A stretch of DNA of 64,000 nt from an uncultured Pseudomonadales bacterium (GTDB lineage Bacteria; Patescibacteriota; Microgenomatia; UBA1400; UBA12028). Of this stretch, positions 9,934-19,985 are shown one piece after another. The stretch covers positions 77,621-141,620 of the forward strand of contig CAZWPK010000002.1 in NCBI GenBank assembly GCA_964635905.1, written 5' to 3'. Both the position numbers and the translations under genes were made by a program. The notes beneath the pieces are model-generated. The model saw only the letters and a program-made list of their open reading frames with translations, was not told where the DNA came from and ran no database searches. Within the stretch, counting starts at the first letter, position 1, and each line of letters opens with the position of its first letter.

Positions 9934-10738
9934 TGTCTTTTCGCTCAATTCGACGGGTGATATCTATTCCTAATAAAATGACTGCATATCCACGTAAGAA
10001 AAAGAAAAACTGCACAAGTCGTTTGAGTGAGAATGGTGACGTATAGGCGGTAGCTAACTTATATGCCTCCCACAAATGTTGACTTGCCTTGGATGCACTC
10101 TTCGTTCCTCCATAGTAGCGCATGTTTGAAATAACAGCAGGAATAACCCCAGCTGGATAGCGTTGGGACAATCGTAACCAGTATTCATAATCCATTCCCA
10201 ACTGCAACGACTCATCAAATGACCCGGCTTCCTCATAGACATTGTTGCGAAAAAAACAGCTTGGCTGACCGATCGTACAGTAATCCAACAATTTGTTATA
10301 GGAGAACATCGTAGGATGAATCACGGAATAAATTTTCCCTACTCGGTTGACATAATTCCATCCACCAAATGCCCATTGAATTTGGGGATTTTGCTCAAAG
10401 AAATCTATAACCTTTCGTAGGACATCTGGTTCATAAAAATCATCCGAATTTAAATAGGTCAGAATTTGGCCAGTTGCAAGTGACAAGCCATTATTAATTG
10501 CATTGGTCTGTCCTTTATCTTTTTTAGAAATAAAGGTTGTGGTAATTCCAGCTCGTTTCAATTTTGGTAGGTACTTTTCGACAATCTTTTTCGTATCATC
10601 TTTAGAAACTGAATCTAAAATCAAATATTCTATTTCAAAAGAGTCGCTTACCTGATCCAAGACACTCTGTAAGGTATCTTTGATAAATTCACCCTGGTTA
10701 TAACTTGGAGTAACGATCGATATCCTCATCTTTTTCAT
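9926..10738 (-). CDS. GT2 glycosyltransferase (WfgS/WcaE-like)
   Basis: ISIVTPSYNQ, GQTNAINNG, YLNSDD, QPSCFFR, MDYEYWLR. Confidence 0.9.
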   Translation of the reverse strand: MKKMRISIVTPSYNQGEFIKDTLQSVLDQVSDSFEIEYLILDSVSKDDTKKIVEKYLPKLKRAGITTTFISKKDKGQTNAINNGLSLATGQILTYLNSDDFYEPDVLRKVIDFFEQNPQIQWAFGGWNYVNRVGKIYSVIHPTMFSYNKLLDYCTIGQPSCFFRNNVYEEAGSFDESLQLGMDYEYWLRLSQRYPAGVIPAVISNMRYYGGTKSASKASQHLWEAYKLATAYTSPFSLKRLVQFFFFLRGYAVILLGIDITRRIERKDIT

Positions 10739-11601
10739 ATCTTTTTACGTACTTTATTCTTTTTTAACGTCGCCACAAACAGTTGTCCCCAGAAGATAAA
10801 TGGTCTCCCAAAGATTCCGGCAGCAATCCGAAAAGGCAAGCTTGCCAAATAGTATTTAATGGAGGATTGTGGAGTAATTGTTTCCCAAAGACTTGTCGCA
10901 TCTACCAAGCTCAATTCAGGAAAGGCCCGGGATTCGATGACATCGACAAATAACGACAGATCTGGCTCAATTAACGTGTCATGATCTGGGACATGAAAAT
11001 CAGATTGGTCGGCAATGGGTGTTACATGCTTCCAGCCGAATTGTGGCGATAACATGCGTTGATTGCGATGAACAAATGAATTCCAAAGTCGAGAGAAAAC
11101 AGAATCCGTTGCACACGGTGAACGATAGATTGGGGAACCATAATTCGGACAAATAATAATCACAAAACCACCTGGTTTAGTGACTCGGGTCATCTCATTT
11201 AAGATCTCTTGCGGATCAATCACATGTTCAAATGTGAAAAAACTACAGGTGCAGTCAAACGAATTGTCCGCATAGGGAAGGGTGTCGCCGTCTGCTACTT
11301 TAAACTCTCCCGTTGGAAAATTCTTTTTTGCTAACCGTATCGCTAGACTACTAATGTCGACACCAAACAATCGTGTCTTTTTTGAAAGAACTGTCGATAA
11401 GGTTTTTAGCGCCCCTCCATCTCCACAACCAACTTCAAGGATCGATCGCGATTCTTTAAGATAGGGAAGGATTCGTTGATAGTGCGGCCCCTTGAGTAAC
11501 GCTTCATTCCCCCCTTGTGTCTTGTCGTAATAGTCTTTCTTTTTATTCCAGACTTGAGTGACCATTCTTTTCTTTTGTGTTTCTCTTTCTTGTACATTCA
11601 T
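10735..11601 (-). CDS. Class I SAM-dependent methyltransferase
   Basis: ILEVGCGDG, GVDIS, LPYADNSFD, RVTKPGG. GGAGG SD and ATGA overlap support start 11601. Confidence 0.88.
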   Translation of the reverse strand: MNVQERETQKKRMVTQVWNKKKDYYDKTQGGNEALLKGPHYQRILPYLKESRSILEVGCGDGGALKTLSTVLSKKTRLFGVDISSLAIRLAKKNFPTGEFKVADGDTLPYADNSFDCTCSFFTFEHVIDPQEILNEMTRVTKPGGFVIIICPNYGSPIYRSPCATDSVFSRLWNSFVHRNQRMLSPQFGWKHVTPIADQSDFHVPDHDTLIEPDLSLFVDVIESRAFPELSLVDATSLWETITPQSSIKYYLASLPFRIAAGIFGRPFIFWGQLFVATLKKNKVRKKI

Positions 11602-12566
11602 TGCAACCTCCATAGTGGAAATGCTCCAAACTGGTATGTGTGTCCTAATTCAATCATTTGGCTTTTTTTCCAATGGGCTCTCTTGGAGAATAAGATCTTT
11701 CGCTTACGAAAGGTTTCAAAAAGGAGTGAAACATAATAATCAGGTCTACCGTGCAAAAGAAATTCAAAAATGATTCGGATTTGACCGATTACAATAAAAG
11801 GGATGCTTGTGATTATTTCAAATGTAGATCGCGTCAAAAATAATGTCCATAACAGGTTGCGTGAGTAGTACCACAATGAGCGTGCAGATCTTTTCCCAAA
11901 CGAAGCAGATTGGAGATGCACTGCCTGAAGCTGACTAAATACAACAGTTTTCCACCCTCTTGACTGAAGACGAAGAGATAACTCTACGTCTTCAGCATAG
12001 CTCCAGAACATTTCTTCAAATACAAACCCATCACTACGCTTGAGATACTTCAGTGCTGACCGGCGAAGGAACATACAAGCTCCATTGACACACTGATAGT
12101 GTGATTGATTGTTTGCCTGAAAAGCTAAACCACTTTTGTAGTACAAAATGCCAGTATTTTCAACTCGACGATAGTGTTCATCAAAGTAAAGAGCTGGCTG
12201 GAAGATTGCAATGGACGCATCGTTATTCACCGTCGAAATGCACTCTCGTAATTTTGTTATAAACGTCTGCGTTATGAACACATCGCTATTCATAACGCAA
12301 ATAAAGTCTAAATCAGACTTTAAAAAATCTTCAACTGCTGCGTTACATCCTCCGGCATAACCTCTATTCTCACTTAAACGAAGTAAACGAACGTTATATT
12401 TCTTGGCTATCGAACGGAGAGGAATCGTAGAGGCATTATCAATAAGCACAATAGCATCTCTGGATACTACTTGAGTCAGCGATGCTAAACACGATGACAC
12501 CAGCTCGGGCTTACCAAAGGCAATAACGTAAAATACGCAGCTAGATTTATGATTAGGACTTCGCAT
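11598..12566 (-). CDS. GT2 glycosyltransferase (rhamnosyltransferase-like)
   Basis: LIDNAS, NRGYAGGCN, MNSD, GACMFLR, YAEDVELSLR. Confidence 0.87.
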   Translation of the reverse strand: MRSPNHKSSCVFYVIAFGKPELVSSCLASLTQVVSRDAIVLIDNASTIPLRSIAKKYNVRLLRLSENRGYAGGCNAAVEDFLKSDLDFICVMNSDVFITQTFITKLRECISTVNNDASIAIFQPALYFDEHYRRVENTGILYYKSGLAFQANNQSHYQCVNGACMFLRRSALKYLKRSDGFVFEEMFWSYAEDVELSLRLQSRGWKTVVFSQLQAVHLQSASFGKRSARSLWYYSRNLLWTLFLTRSTFEIITSIPFIVIGQIRIIFEFLLHGRPDYYVSLLFETFRKRKILFSKRAHWKKSQMIELGHTYQFGAFPLWRLQ

Positions 12567-12570
12567 ACTG

Positions 12571-14373
12571 CTAGGGATTAAAATACACGCAAATCACTTT
12601 ATTTGCATCGGCAGTTTGAATACAGTGCAATGCTTTATCCACTTGTTGATCCTCTACTATACCGGCTATGACTTTAACAGGGGTACTACGATCATTTCCA
12701 GGCACGACCTTGATAGCATAGCGCTGTGCGGTATAAATGAAGGGATACACATACCCTTCTCTTCCTGTAAAGGCAACTTTTTTAACCCCGTTATCATGGA
12801 GGTAGATGATCATTTCTAGATAGGCAGATCTCCAATATGGTCGTGACAGAAAGTAATTTGCCTCATTTCTTCCAAAAAGCACTGACTGCGGAGGCGTATA
12901 TCCAGAAGGTATTGCGGACTTAATGGTGGAAAGAATGGGTTGATACGAAATCAGTGGCCGAGAAACGTTAGAAATAAGTACGATAAAGCCTACACCAACA
13001 GTTATGACGGCAATTATTATTGATGTTTTCTTTGAAGGTTTGAGTACACCGATACCCGCTGTGAGAAGAACAAATAGAATGCTTAAGTGTTGGCGAATGT
13101 GATATGGCTGCCAACGTAGCAGGATACAAAAAAGGAAAAAAGAGCAGATGCCAAGGAAAAAAAGAACAAACGTCATCCCTGTCCTCTTCGCTTTATTTCT
13201 ACCGACGAGGGCAAGGATCATTGCGATCAACGCCAGATGTAATGGCGCTGGCGCTATATCTTCCTGAGGTATTGGGATACTTAGATGAGAGAATGTTGAA
13301 TGAAACCACGAAGATTCTGACAAACGTACTGATACTCCAAGGGGTTCAACGATTGTTACCCACAAATCCAGTGACTTTGAGAAACTAAAAAATGGAACGT
13401 GCATCAAAAGATTTCGATAAATGTTTTCCACAGCTCCAGCGACGCTGAGGGTGTCCACCATAAAGGGAATGCTTTCACCATCAATGGTGTAACTTGTCCC
13501 TAAGTATGAATTGAACAGTCGCTTATTTTGACTTAAAAGAGGAAGACAAAGTAGGAGCCCAAAGAGGCCCCCGATGGCAGCTGCCTTCAGCATTTTGAGC
13601 CTGTCGGAAGAATAAACAAAAAAATGCGAACCTACAATGCCTATGGGCATTACGGCATAGATGACCATCGTCGCTTTAGTAAGGTAACCAAGTACTACGG
13701 AAACTGTGCACAAGAACAGCAGCACTGGGTTTCTATCAATTACATATCGAAGTGCAAAAATGATCGACACCAAAACCCAAATGGCAACCAACAAATCACT
13801 TTGGACGCTGCTCGCTTGCAGCGTTGCAATCGGTATACTCAGACTTAGAATCTGGGCTAATTGCGTTTGTCTTGAGGTGTATGCAAGGAGCTTGGCAATC
13901 CGTCCAATGAAAAAGAATATGAGCACATACGAAATCCACTGCGGAAGAAATAGCAACAAATCAGAATTCGTTAGACTATAAAAAAATGCAAGGAGGATAC
14001 TCGGCATCGGCCCCATAAAGTCGTGTGACGTGTGAATGTCGGTTTGAAAGAGGGTGTGGTTTTGCAGCCAGTACAGCGCGCGCGGAATATGATAATTATG
14101 AGCATCTGTCGTGGTAGGAACAGAAATAAACCCTTGAATAAAAGCCAATGTAGAAAAAATGACCAGCACACCCACAGTTCGCGATACTGTTACCGTATGT
14201 CTATTCAAAAACAGCAATGACAAAAGGACAGCGACGATTGCTAATCCAACCATGCGCACTATATCCGGCGTAAACATGGAGAATGCCGATAGTACATATG
14301 ATAGACTTAACAACAGAATTCCGGCTAAAGCTACTACTGTCTCTAGTGGAATAGCGCGAAATCTAGATTGCAT
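12571..14373 (-). CDS. Multi-TM GT-C-like glycosyltransferase
   Basis: TTTDAHNYHIPRALYWLQ, QASSVQSDL, LTKAT, RWQPYHIRQHL; many TM segments. Start moved to ATG 14373. Confidence 0.7.
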   Translation of the reverse strand: MQSRFRAIPLETVVALAGILLLSLSYVLSAFSMFTPDIVRMVGLAIVAVLLSLLFLNRHTVTVSRTVGVLVIFSTLAFIQGFISVPTTTDAHNYHIPRALYWLQNHTLFQTDIHTSHDFMGPMPSILLAFFYSLTNSDLLLFLPQWISYVLIFFFIGRIAKLLAYTSRQTQLAQILSLSIPIATLQASSVQSDLLVAIWVLVSIIFALRYVIDRNPVLLFLCTVSVVLGYLTKATMVIYAVMPIGIVGSHFFVYSSDRLKMLKAAAIGGLFGLLLCLPLLSQNKRLFNSYLGTSYTIDGESIPFMVDTLSVAGAVENIYRNLLMHVPFFSFSKSLDLWVTIVEPLGVSVRLSESSWFHSTFSHLSIPIPQEDIAPAPLHLALIAMILALVGRNKAKRTGMTFVLFFLGICSFFLFCILLRWQPYHIRQHLSILFVLLTAGIGVLKPSKKTSIIIAVITVGVGFIVLISNVSRPLISYQPILSTIKSAIPSGYTPPQSVLFGRNEANYFLSRPYWRSAYLEMIIYLHDNGVKKVAFTGREGYVYPFIYTAQRYAIKVVPGNDRSTPVKVIAGIVEDQQVDKALHCIQTADANKVICVYFNP

Positions 14374-15430
14374 AAAGTGAAAGGAGTTTTTCAAGAGACT
14401 CCTGACCGGTCCATAACTTCGGTTGTTCGGCTTTTTGTGAACGGTGAAAGTATTCAACGATCATTTCGGAGTCTTTTTGTTTGTCAAAGCTTAACTGTTC
14501 TACGATGTCAGCAATTGCCTTGGGGTATAAAGCTTTATTACCGACTACCGTAGGACATCGATTTAAACTTGCTTCATAAACAGGATAACCAAATCCTTCA
14601 TAAATGCTTGGGTGAACAAAAACCTTCGCTGTATGATACAAAGCCTTGAGCATTAAAAAACGTACCTTTGGAAAATATAGTACAGAGCGTTGGTCTCGTA
14701 GCATTTCTTTGACTTTAAAATGATCGTTACCATGTTGCCCTACGAGTACTAAGTATGCCGACGGTTCCAATTGATGGATTTTATTCCAGATTTCCAGCAG
14801 ATATGGTATTCGTTTGTGCGGATAGTGTGCGCTTACACATAAGGCAAACCTCTTGCCTTTTAACGCTGAAGGTAACGATTCAAATGGCCCGTTATACACG
14901 TCCGGTGCAATTATTGGGGGCACCACCACTATTTTGGCTTTCGCCCATGGCAGATGTTCGCTTAATCGTTTTTTTGAAAACTCGCTATCGGTGACGATTG
15001 TTTTACTCTTGAGACAAGCCAGTGTGACCAATACATGGGTGATGATCCCAGAAAGAAATGAAAAATCTTCAGGATGATCCAGCCAATTCGCGTCATGAAC
15101 AGTCACGATTGATTCGGCTTTCAGAAAAATTGGAGCAGTATAGCCAAATGAATGGAGCAGAATGCAGTTTTCCGTTGCAACCTGAAACGGCAGAATGCAC
15201 TGCTCATAGAGTAGGCGTAGAATTCGGTTGCTCGCTCTCACTTTACACACAACTTTGGTTACCGATGATTGTGAGAATTCAAATGTCGAAGCATTTTCTT
15301 CGTTACAAAAAAGAACATACGTATTGGTCGAATCTCTACTCAATTGATTAATGAAGTTACGGGTGAGGTATTCTGTACCACCAACCTGGTTTGGAACTAA
15401 AAATAAAAGGTTTATACCAATTCTTGCCAT
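14363..15430 (-). CDS. GT4 glycosyltransferase (MtfB-like)
   Basis: MARIGINLLFL, GGTEY, VTVHD, PHKRI, PSIYEGFGYPVYEA. Start moved to 15430. Confidence 0.88.
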   Translation of the reverse strand: MARIGINLLFLVPNQVGGTEYLTRNFINQLSRDSTNTYVLFCNEENASTFEFSQSSVTKVVCKVRASNRILRLLYEQCILPFQVATENCILLHSFGYTAPIFLKAESIVTVHDANWLDHPEDFSFLSGIITHVLVTLACLKSKTIVTDSEFSKKRLSEHLPWAKAKIVVVPPIIAPDVYNGPFESLPSALKGKRFALCVSAHYPHKRIPYLLEIWNKIHQLEPSAYLVLVGQHGNDHFKVKEMLRDQRSVLYFPKVRFLMLKALYHTAKVFVHPSIYEGFGYPVYEASLNRCPTVVGNKALYPKAIADIVEQLSFDKQKDSEMIVEYFHRSQKAEQPKLWTGQESLEKLLSLYAI

Positions 15431-15521
15431 ATGCGCAAATACTAGATCATTGACAGTGTACCTTGAGCAAAGGAAACTCACAATACTTCTGGTTAGCATG
15501 ATATATTCTAAAGATTCAGCT

Positions 15522-16340
15522 ATGCTTACCTCAAAAATAACGGCATGTTTAGTCATTCACAACGAAGAAGAGGTTCTCGAGCGATGTTTACAAAGTGTGG
15601 TGAAGCTTACGAAGAATATCTTAGTTCTTCATGATGGACCATGCTCCGATTCCTCCCTTCTAATCTGTCAAAGATTTGGTTGCACAATATTTAGTAAAGA
15701 GTTTATCGGTGAAGCGGAACCGCACCGAGCCTGGTTGATGCAAAAAGTAGAGACCGATTTTTGTCTGCAGATTGATGCCGATGAGTTTCTTTCAAAAGAA
15801 TTACTGCAATACCTATCAACTCCAAAGAATCTTCATAGCAGTGCGTATACGGCTATCTGGCCGTACTGGAATGGAGAAAGATATACAACCCATGGCTGGC
15901 CAAGAAAGCTATTTCTGTACAACATAAACGACATTTGTTTTTTGGGTGCACCCCATGAAGCGGTTCGTGTATCGGGAACGACGGAAAATCTTCCCTTCAT
16001 CCTAGAGCATCGACCAAATTACGATAATCTTAGTCTCCACACATTCTGGAGAAAATGGCGTAAATGGGCATCTATTCATGCGGGTTATTATTTGAAGAAA
16101 CCGACACAAATCCAACAGTACCCAAAATCAAGTAAACATCTTGCGTTGCACTATCACCAATGGATGTCTTTTTCGCCGTTAAGCTCCATCCCATTGGGGG
16201 TGTACCACACCCTTGCGTGTTTAGCGTCTGGTGGTCTGACTCAAGGATATATCGGGATCAAGAGTTGTGTTTTTATGGGCGTATACTATTCTCTAGTATC
16301 TCTTAACGTAGCCAGAGAGAAGTATGCAAAGAATGATTGA
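15522..16340 (+). CDS. GT2 glycosyltransferase
   Basis: ITACLVIHNEE, QIDADEFLS, PHE. Start moved to ATG 15522. Confidence 0.82.
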   Translation: MLTSKITACLVIHNEEEVLERCLQSVVKLTKNILVLHDGPCSDSSLLICQRFGCTIFSKEFIGEAEPHRAWLMQKVETDFCLQIDADEFLSKELLQYLSTPKNLHSSAYTAIWPYWNGERYTTHGWPRKLFLYNINDICFLGAPHEAVRVSGTTENLPFILEHRPNYDNLSLHTFWRKWRKWASIHAGYYLKKPTQIQQYPKSSKHLALHYHQWMSFSPLSSIPLGVYHTLACLASGGLTQGYIGIKSCVFMGVYYSLVSLNVAREKYAKND

Positions 16341-16875
16341 ATTATTTCTACACATAATCCGCTTTTGCATTCATCGCTATTGTTATTCGTATGCAAGCTT
16401 TGGAAAGAAGATTGCAATTGATGGAAATGTTGTGGTTCGACATTCCTCAGCTATAGCAATTGGAGATGCTGTGCATTTGCAAAATGGAGTCTGGCTAAAT
16501 GCAATTTCCCCCCAGTCAAAACCTTCAATTGAAATTCAAAACGGCTGTGATATCGGACGCTTCTGTTTTATTTCTGCAGTTTCTAGTGTGATTTTGGAAC
16601 AGGACGTTTTACTTTCACCAAATGTGATTATTTCTGACCATTCCCATGAGATTACTATCCTGGATCGATCCATCCTACGGTCTGGTATTACGTCCAGTAA
16701 ACCTGTTCGCCTTAAAAAAGGCTGCTGGGTAGGAGCGAACTCAGTCATTTTGCCTGGAGTAACAATTGGTGAGCATGCAGTTATCGGAGCAAATAGTGTG
16801 GTACGAAAGTCTGTCCCGGATTTTTGTGTCGCAGTTGGCTCGCCTGCCAAAATCGTTAAGAATCTTTCCGATTAG
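16324..16875 (+). CDS. Hexapeptide-repeat (left-handed beta-helix) O-acyltransferase
   Basis: ISDHSH, WVGANSVILPGVTIGEHAVIGANSVVRKSVP, VGSPAKIVK. Confidence 0.9.
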   Translation: MQRMIELFLHIIRFCIHRYCYSYASFGKKIAIDGNVVVRHSSAIAIGDAVHLQNGVWLNAISPQSKPSIEIQNGCDIGRFCFISAVSSVILEQDVLLSPNVIISDHSHEITILDRSILRSGITSSKPVRLKKGCWVGANSVILPGVTIGEHAVIGANSVVRKSVPDFCVAVGSPAKIVKNLSD

Positions 16876-19036
16876 ACCGTTTAACCGGCTTCCTTGCGAT
16901 GCAGGAAACGGCAGAACCCCGATGCAACACCATTTCTAAACTAGAAAGAGGAAATTCAATTGCGTAAAACACCAGTCTTTTTTGATCGTGCAACAAACAG
17001 CGAATCAACTCATTTTTCAAACTTGAGAAATCATAAAGAGCTGCATATGTCCGACAGGACAACAAATGGAAGCCAGTGTCTTTAAGCAAATACGATAATG
17101 ATTTGGGAGAAAATTGAGAAAAATGTTCCTCTGGATATAAATATCTCCAATTTTTACCAGAAAGTGCCCCTTCAATCGATGTAAAATTTGGGCTTTCGAT
17201 AAAAACAACCCCACCCGGTTTTAAATAGTTAAAAATGTCTTTGCACCCTTTTCTAGGATCTTTAAGATGTTCCATTACATGGTTTAGAATCACAACATCA
17301 TAGTTGCCTGCCGATGGTAACCGATCACCGAGATATCCTTTGTACACTTTCAACCCTCGCTTTTTGCACAACTTGACCGCATCGGCAGACGGTTCTAATC
17401 CTTCTGCAGAAAATCCGTGTGTTTTGAGTGCATTTAAAAAGAATCCGAGTGAACACCCGACATCAAGGGCTCGTCCTGAATTTTGATACTTTCGAATATC
17501 TTGCACTCTTCTCGAAAATACATTCTCCAAGTAGACGCGCCATTTCTCGTATTTTTCTACATGCTGATAATCTTCATACGGCTTTTCAAGAACAGATGTA
17601 GAAAAGACGTGGCCACAGTTTGAACATGAAAAATAGCGAATAGTTTTGGCTACAAATTTTTGGGTTGTTACGGGTTTTAAACAGACAATGCATTTAGTCT
17701 TGGTCATATGTTGTTTTTTATTATCCACCAATGCCAGTACGGAATAGATAAATACTGGAAAGGCGAAAAGAAGTAAACGTTGGAAAGAATCTACAATCTC
17801 TTTCCAATAGGTATTGTTAGCAAACAAATAGGTACCAGCCACAATCGCCCCGACGCACGCGAAAGTGGTAATCGTCGCTACAATTCGATGATACGTACGT
17901 CGTTGCCTGAGGATGAGAAAAATGATGATCACGATCCAACCACCCCAAATAGGAGTTGCATATCGAGCTACGTGCTCAAGCACTTCCAGCCAACGGTGGA
18001 AATCCAGAAACGACTGAATGGAAGAGAGCATGTTTCCTCCCTGCTCATAGGTAGCCAGTTCTATAGAATTTTGAGGAAGGACTTGCTTGAGGATGGAATG
18101 GACATAATTATTCCATCCTCTCCAGACGATAATGATGGGAAGTAGCCACAGGGAAACTTTCCACTGCCGAAGGGTAATGCATCCATAGAGTAAGAGCAGC
18201 CCAGCAATTATCCAAAATGGCTCGCTTTGACGAACCCACAGTGAACCGGCGATAAGTAAGGATCCGAGCTGTGCCATCTCAACTTTTTTCGAAAAAATCC
18301 AGGAAAGCAAACAACATATTCCCAGTCCCCAATAGACCATGTAGGGGAAATTGGAATAGGCAATCATGGTGTGCGCAAACAACATAGGTACTGTCAGCAG
18401 CGCTAGTGAGCCAAAAAATGCAGGTAGTCTGCCTAACGTTGATGAAATAAGACTAAAAAAGGTCAAAACGAGTGACACTGCTAGTAGCGAAAATATTCCC
18501 ATTCCATTCCAAGCTCCCAACAGATATTGCATTGCGAGAAGCACAGAGGTATACCACGGGTAACTTAGTAAATAGATATCTTGAATGGATGAGAAAAGAG
18601 GCCGGATTGAACCCACCATTAAGAGTAATCGAGCCCGAAAGTCATACAACGTTATCGCGTCCCAATCCGTATGTGGCCAGAACGCATTCATTAGTATCAC
18701 ATAGCAAAGAATGGAAGTGATTAGGATAAACAACGATTGTTCAGTTCTATTTCGAGGCAAAAAAGAATGAACCATCGCTGATATCTCTATCCAATACCCT
18801 TTTGAAGTCCACGCATAGAGAGCCGACGGCACCAGCACTGAAAGTATCAATCCCAGTGACCGATAGATATCTAAGCCAAAAACTAGAGCAACAAAAAACA
18901 AAAGTGTAGCGACGAACGATCCAATCAAGTAGGCAGAAGCGCATCGAACAGATGAGGCAGGTATCCGTAGTAACGCAACAAGAACATACCCAAACCCATG
19001 TAACGACAGTAGAAAAAGCATTGAAAGAAATGTCAT
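16856..19036 (-). CDS. Fusion of an N-terminal GT-C-like membrane domain and a C-terminal Zn-ribbon class I SAM methyltransferase
   Basis: The first ~440 aa are multi-TM with WDAITLYDFRAR and SYP. From the internal Met at 17707: CIVC...CSNC, LDVGCSLG, HVMEHL, LKPGG, EHFSQFS. Confidence 0.78.
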   Translation of the reverse strand: MTFLSMLFLLSLHGFGYVLVALLRIPASSVRCASAYLIGSFVATLLFFVALVFGLDIYRSLGLILSVLVPSALYAWTSKGYWIEISAMVHSFLPRNRTEQSLFILITSILCYVILMNAFWPHTDWDAITLYDFRARLLLMVGSIRPLFSSIQDIYLLSYPWYTSVLLAMQYLLGAWNGMGIFSLLAVSLVLTFFSLISSTLGRLPAFFGSLALLTVPMLFAHTMIAYSNFPYMVYWGLGICCLLSWIFSKKVEMAQLGSLLIAGSLWVRQSEPFWIIAGLLLLYGCITLRQWKVSLWLLPIIIVWRGWNNYVHSILKQVLPQNSIELATYEQGGNMLSSIQSFLDFHRWLEVLEHVARYATPIWGGWIVIIIFLILRQRRTYHRIVATITTFACVGAIVAGTYLFANNTYWKEIVDSFQRLLLFAFPVFIYSVLALVDNKKQHMTKTKCIVCLKPVTTQKFVAKTIRYFSCSNCGHVFSTSVLEKPYEDYQHVEKYEKWRVYLENVFSRRVQDIRKYQNSGRALDVGCSLGFFLNALKTHGFSAEGLEPSADAVKLCKKRGLKVYKGYLGDRLPSAGNYDVVILNHVMEHLKDPRKGCKDIFNYLKPGGVVFIESPNFTSIEGALSGKNWRYLYPEEHFSQFSPKSLSYLLKDTGFHLLSCRTYAALYDFSSLKNELIRCLLHDQKRLVFYAIEFPLSSLEMVLHRGSAVSCIARKPVKRSNRKDS

Positions 19037-19968
19037 TGATACTCTCTTTTTAAATGAATCACACCATAAAAACTGGCATAAGCTTCTGGATTGTAATCAC
19101 TATTCTCTACTCTCCATGATTGTAAAGTAAATGGATTATAGAGATCCATCCAAGCAATTTTCTCTTTAGGAATTACAATTTTTGGCCAGCCGAAATCACC
19201 TTGATCAGTTTCACCCCTTGCAATCACTAGATGCGTAATTGAATTGGGGATACCTTGTAGATCACTTTGAAGCATCTCCACATGTCGTGGGGACAAGAAA
19301 TAGAGAACATAGTAGATATTACCAGATTTAATCCAAGGTTCTCCTTGTGGAGGAATTCCCACCGTTACCTCACTGGAATTCGGGATCACTTTACTCCAAA
19401 ACGCACCGACCCTGTAAAACCATAAAGACTCACCCACTCCATACTTTCGTACTGCATATCTCTGATGAGGTTCAAGACTACGATACTCAAGCGTGTACAA
19501 GCCTTGCGAGAGCATCTGAGACCCCACAATTAGGAGTTGTGAAATCACCAGACCAATGAGGATTAGCATCAGAAATGATCGTTGTTTAAAAAGAAGTTGT
19601 GCCTGCACGGATGACATGAGATTTCTCCAACGATCAACTCCTGGGAACACAACGACTAAGAACAGAAGGACAAAAAACCAGTATGGTAAGGTGAAAAATC
19701 GATACAGCTTAAACTCCAGATAATAGGGACTCATTCGGATCTGTGGGAAAATGGACTGAAGACTAAACGCAAAAAGTAGACCAACGGACAGCAAACTTGA
19801 ATAGAGAAGGAGCCGAGATGAAATTTTCGCGTTGACCACCCCAATGAGTAGCAGCACCACTAAAACCGAAAGCAAAATAGAATCGACACGTGGAATGAAA
19901 AGAGCGCAAAAGCATACTGCAGCCAGCAGTGCTCCAGTTACAAATCTCCATATCCAATGAGAAAGCAT
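19033..19968 (-). CDS. Hypothetical membrane protein
   Basis: 4-5 N-terminal TM helices plus a soluble domain (IPPQGEPW..GN..YFLSPR); ATGA overlap with the downstream fusion gene. Confidence 0.65.
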   Translation of the reverse strand: MLSHWIWRFVTGALLAAVCFCALFIPRVDSILLSVLVVLLLIGVVNAKISSRLLLYSSLLSVGLLFAFSLQSIFPQIRMSPYYLEFKLYRFFTLPYWFFVLLFLVVVFPGVDRWRNLMSSVQAQLLFKQRSFLMLILIGLVISQLLIVGSQMLSQGLYTLEYRSLEPHQRYAVRKYGVGESLWFYRVGAFWSKVIPNSSEVTVGIPPQGEPWIKSGNIYYVLYFLSPRHVEMLQSDLQGIPNSITHLVIARGETDQGDFGWPKIVIPKEKIAWMDLYNPFTLQSWRVENSDYNPEAYASFYGVIHLKREYQ

Positions 19969-19985
19969 ACGATATACTTAGTCCC

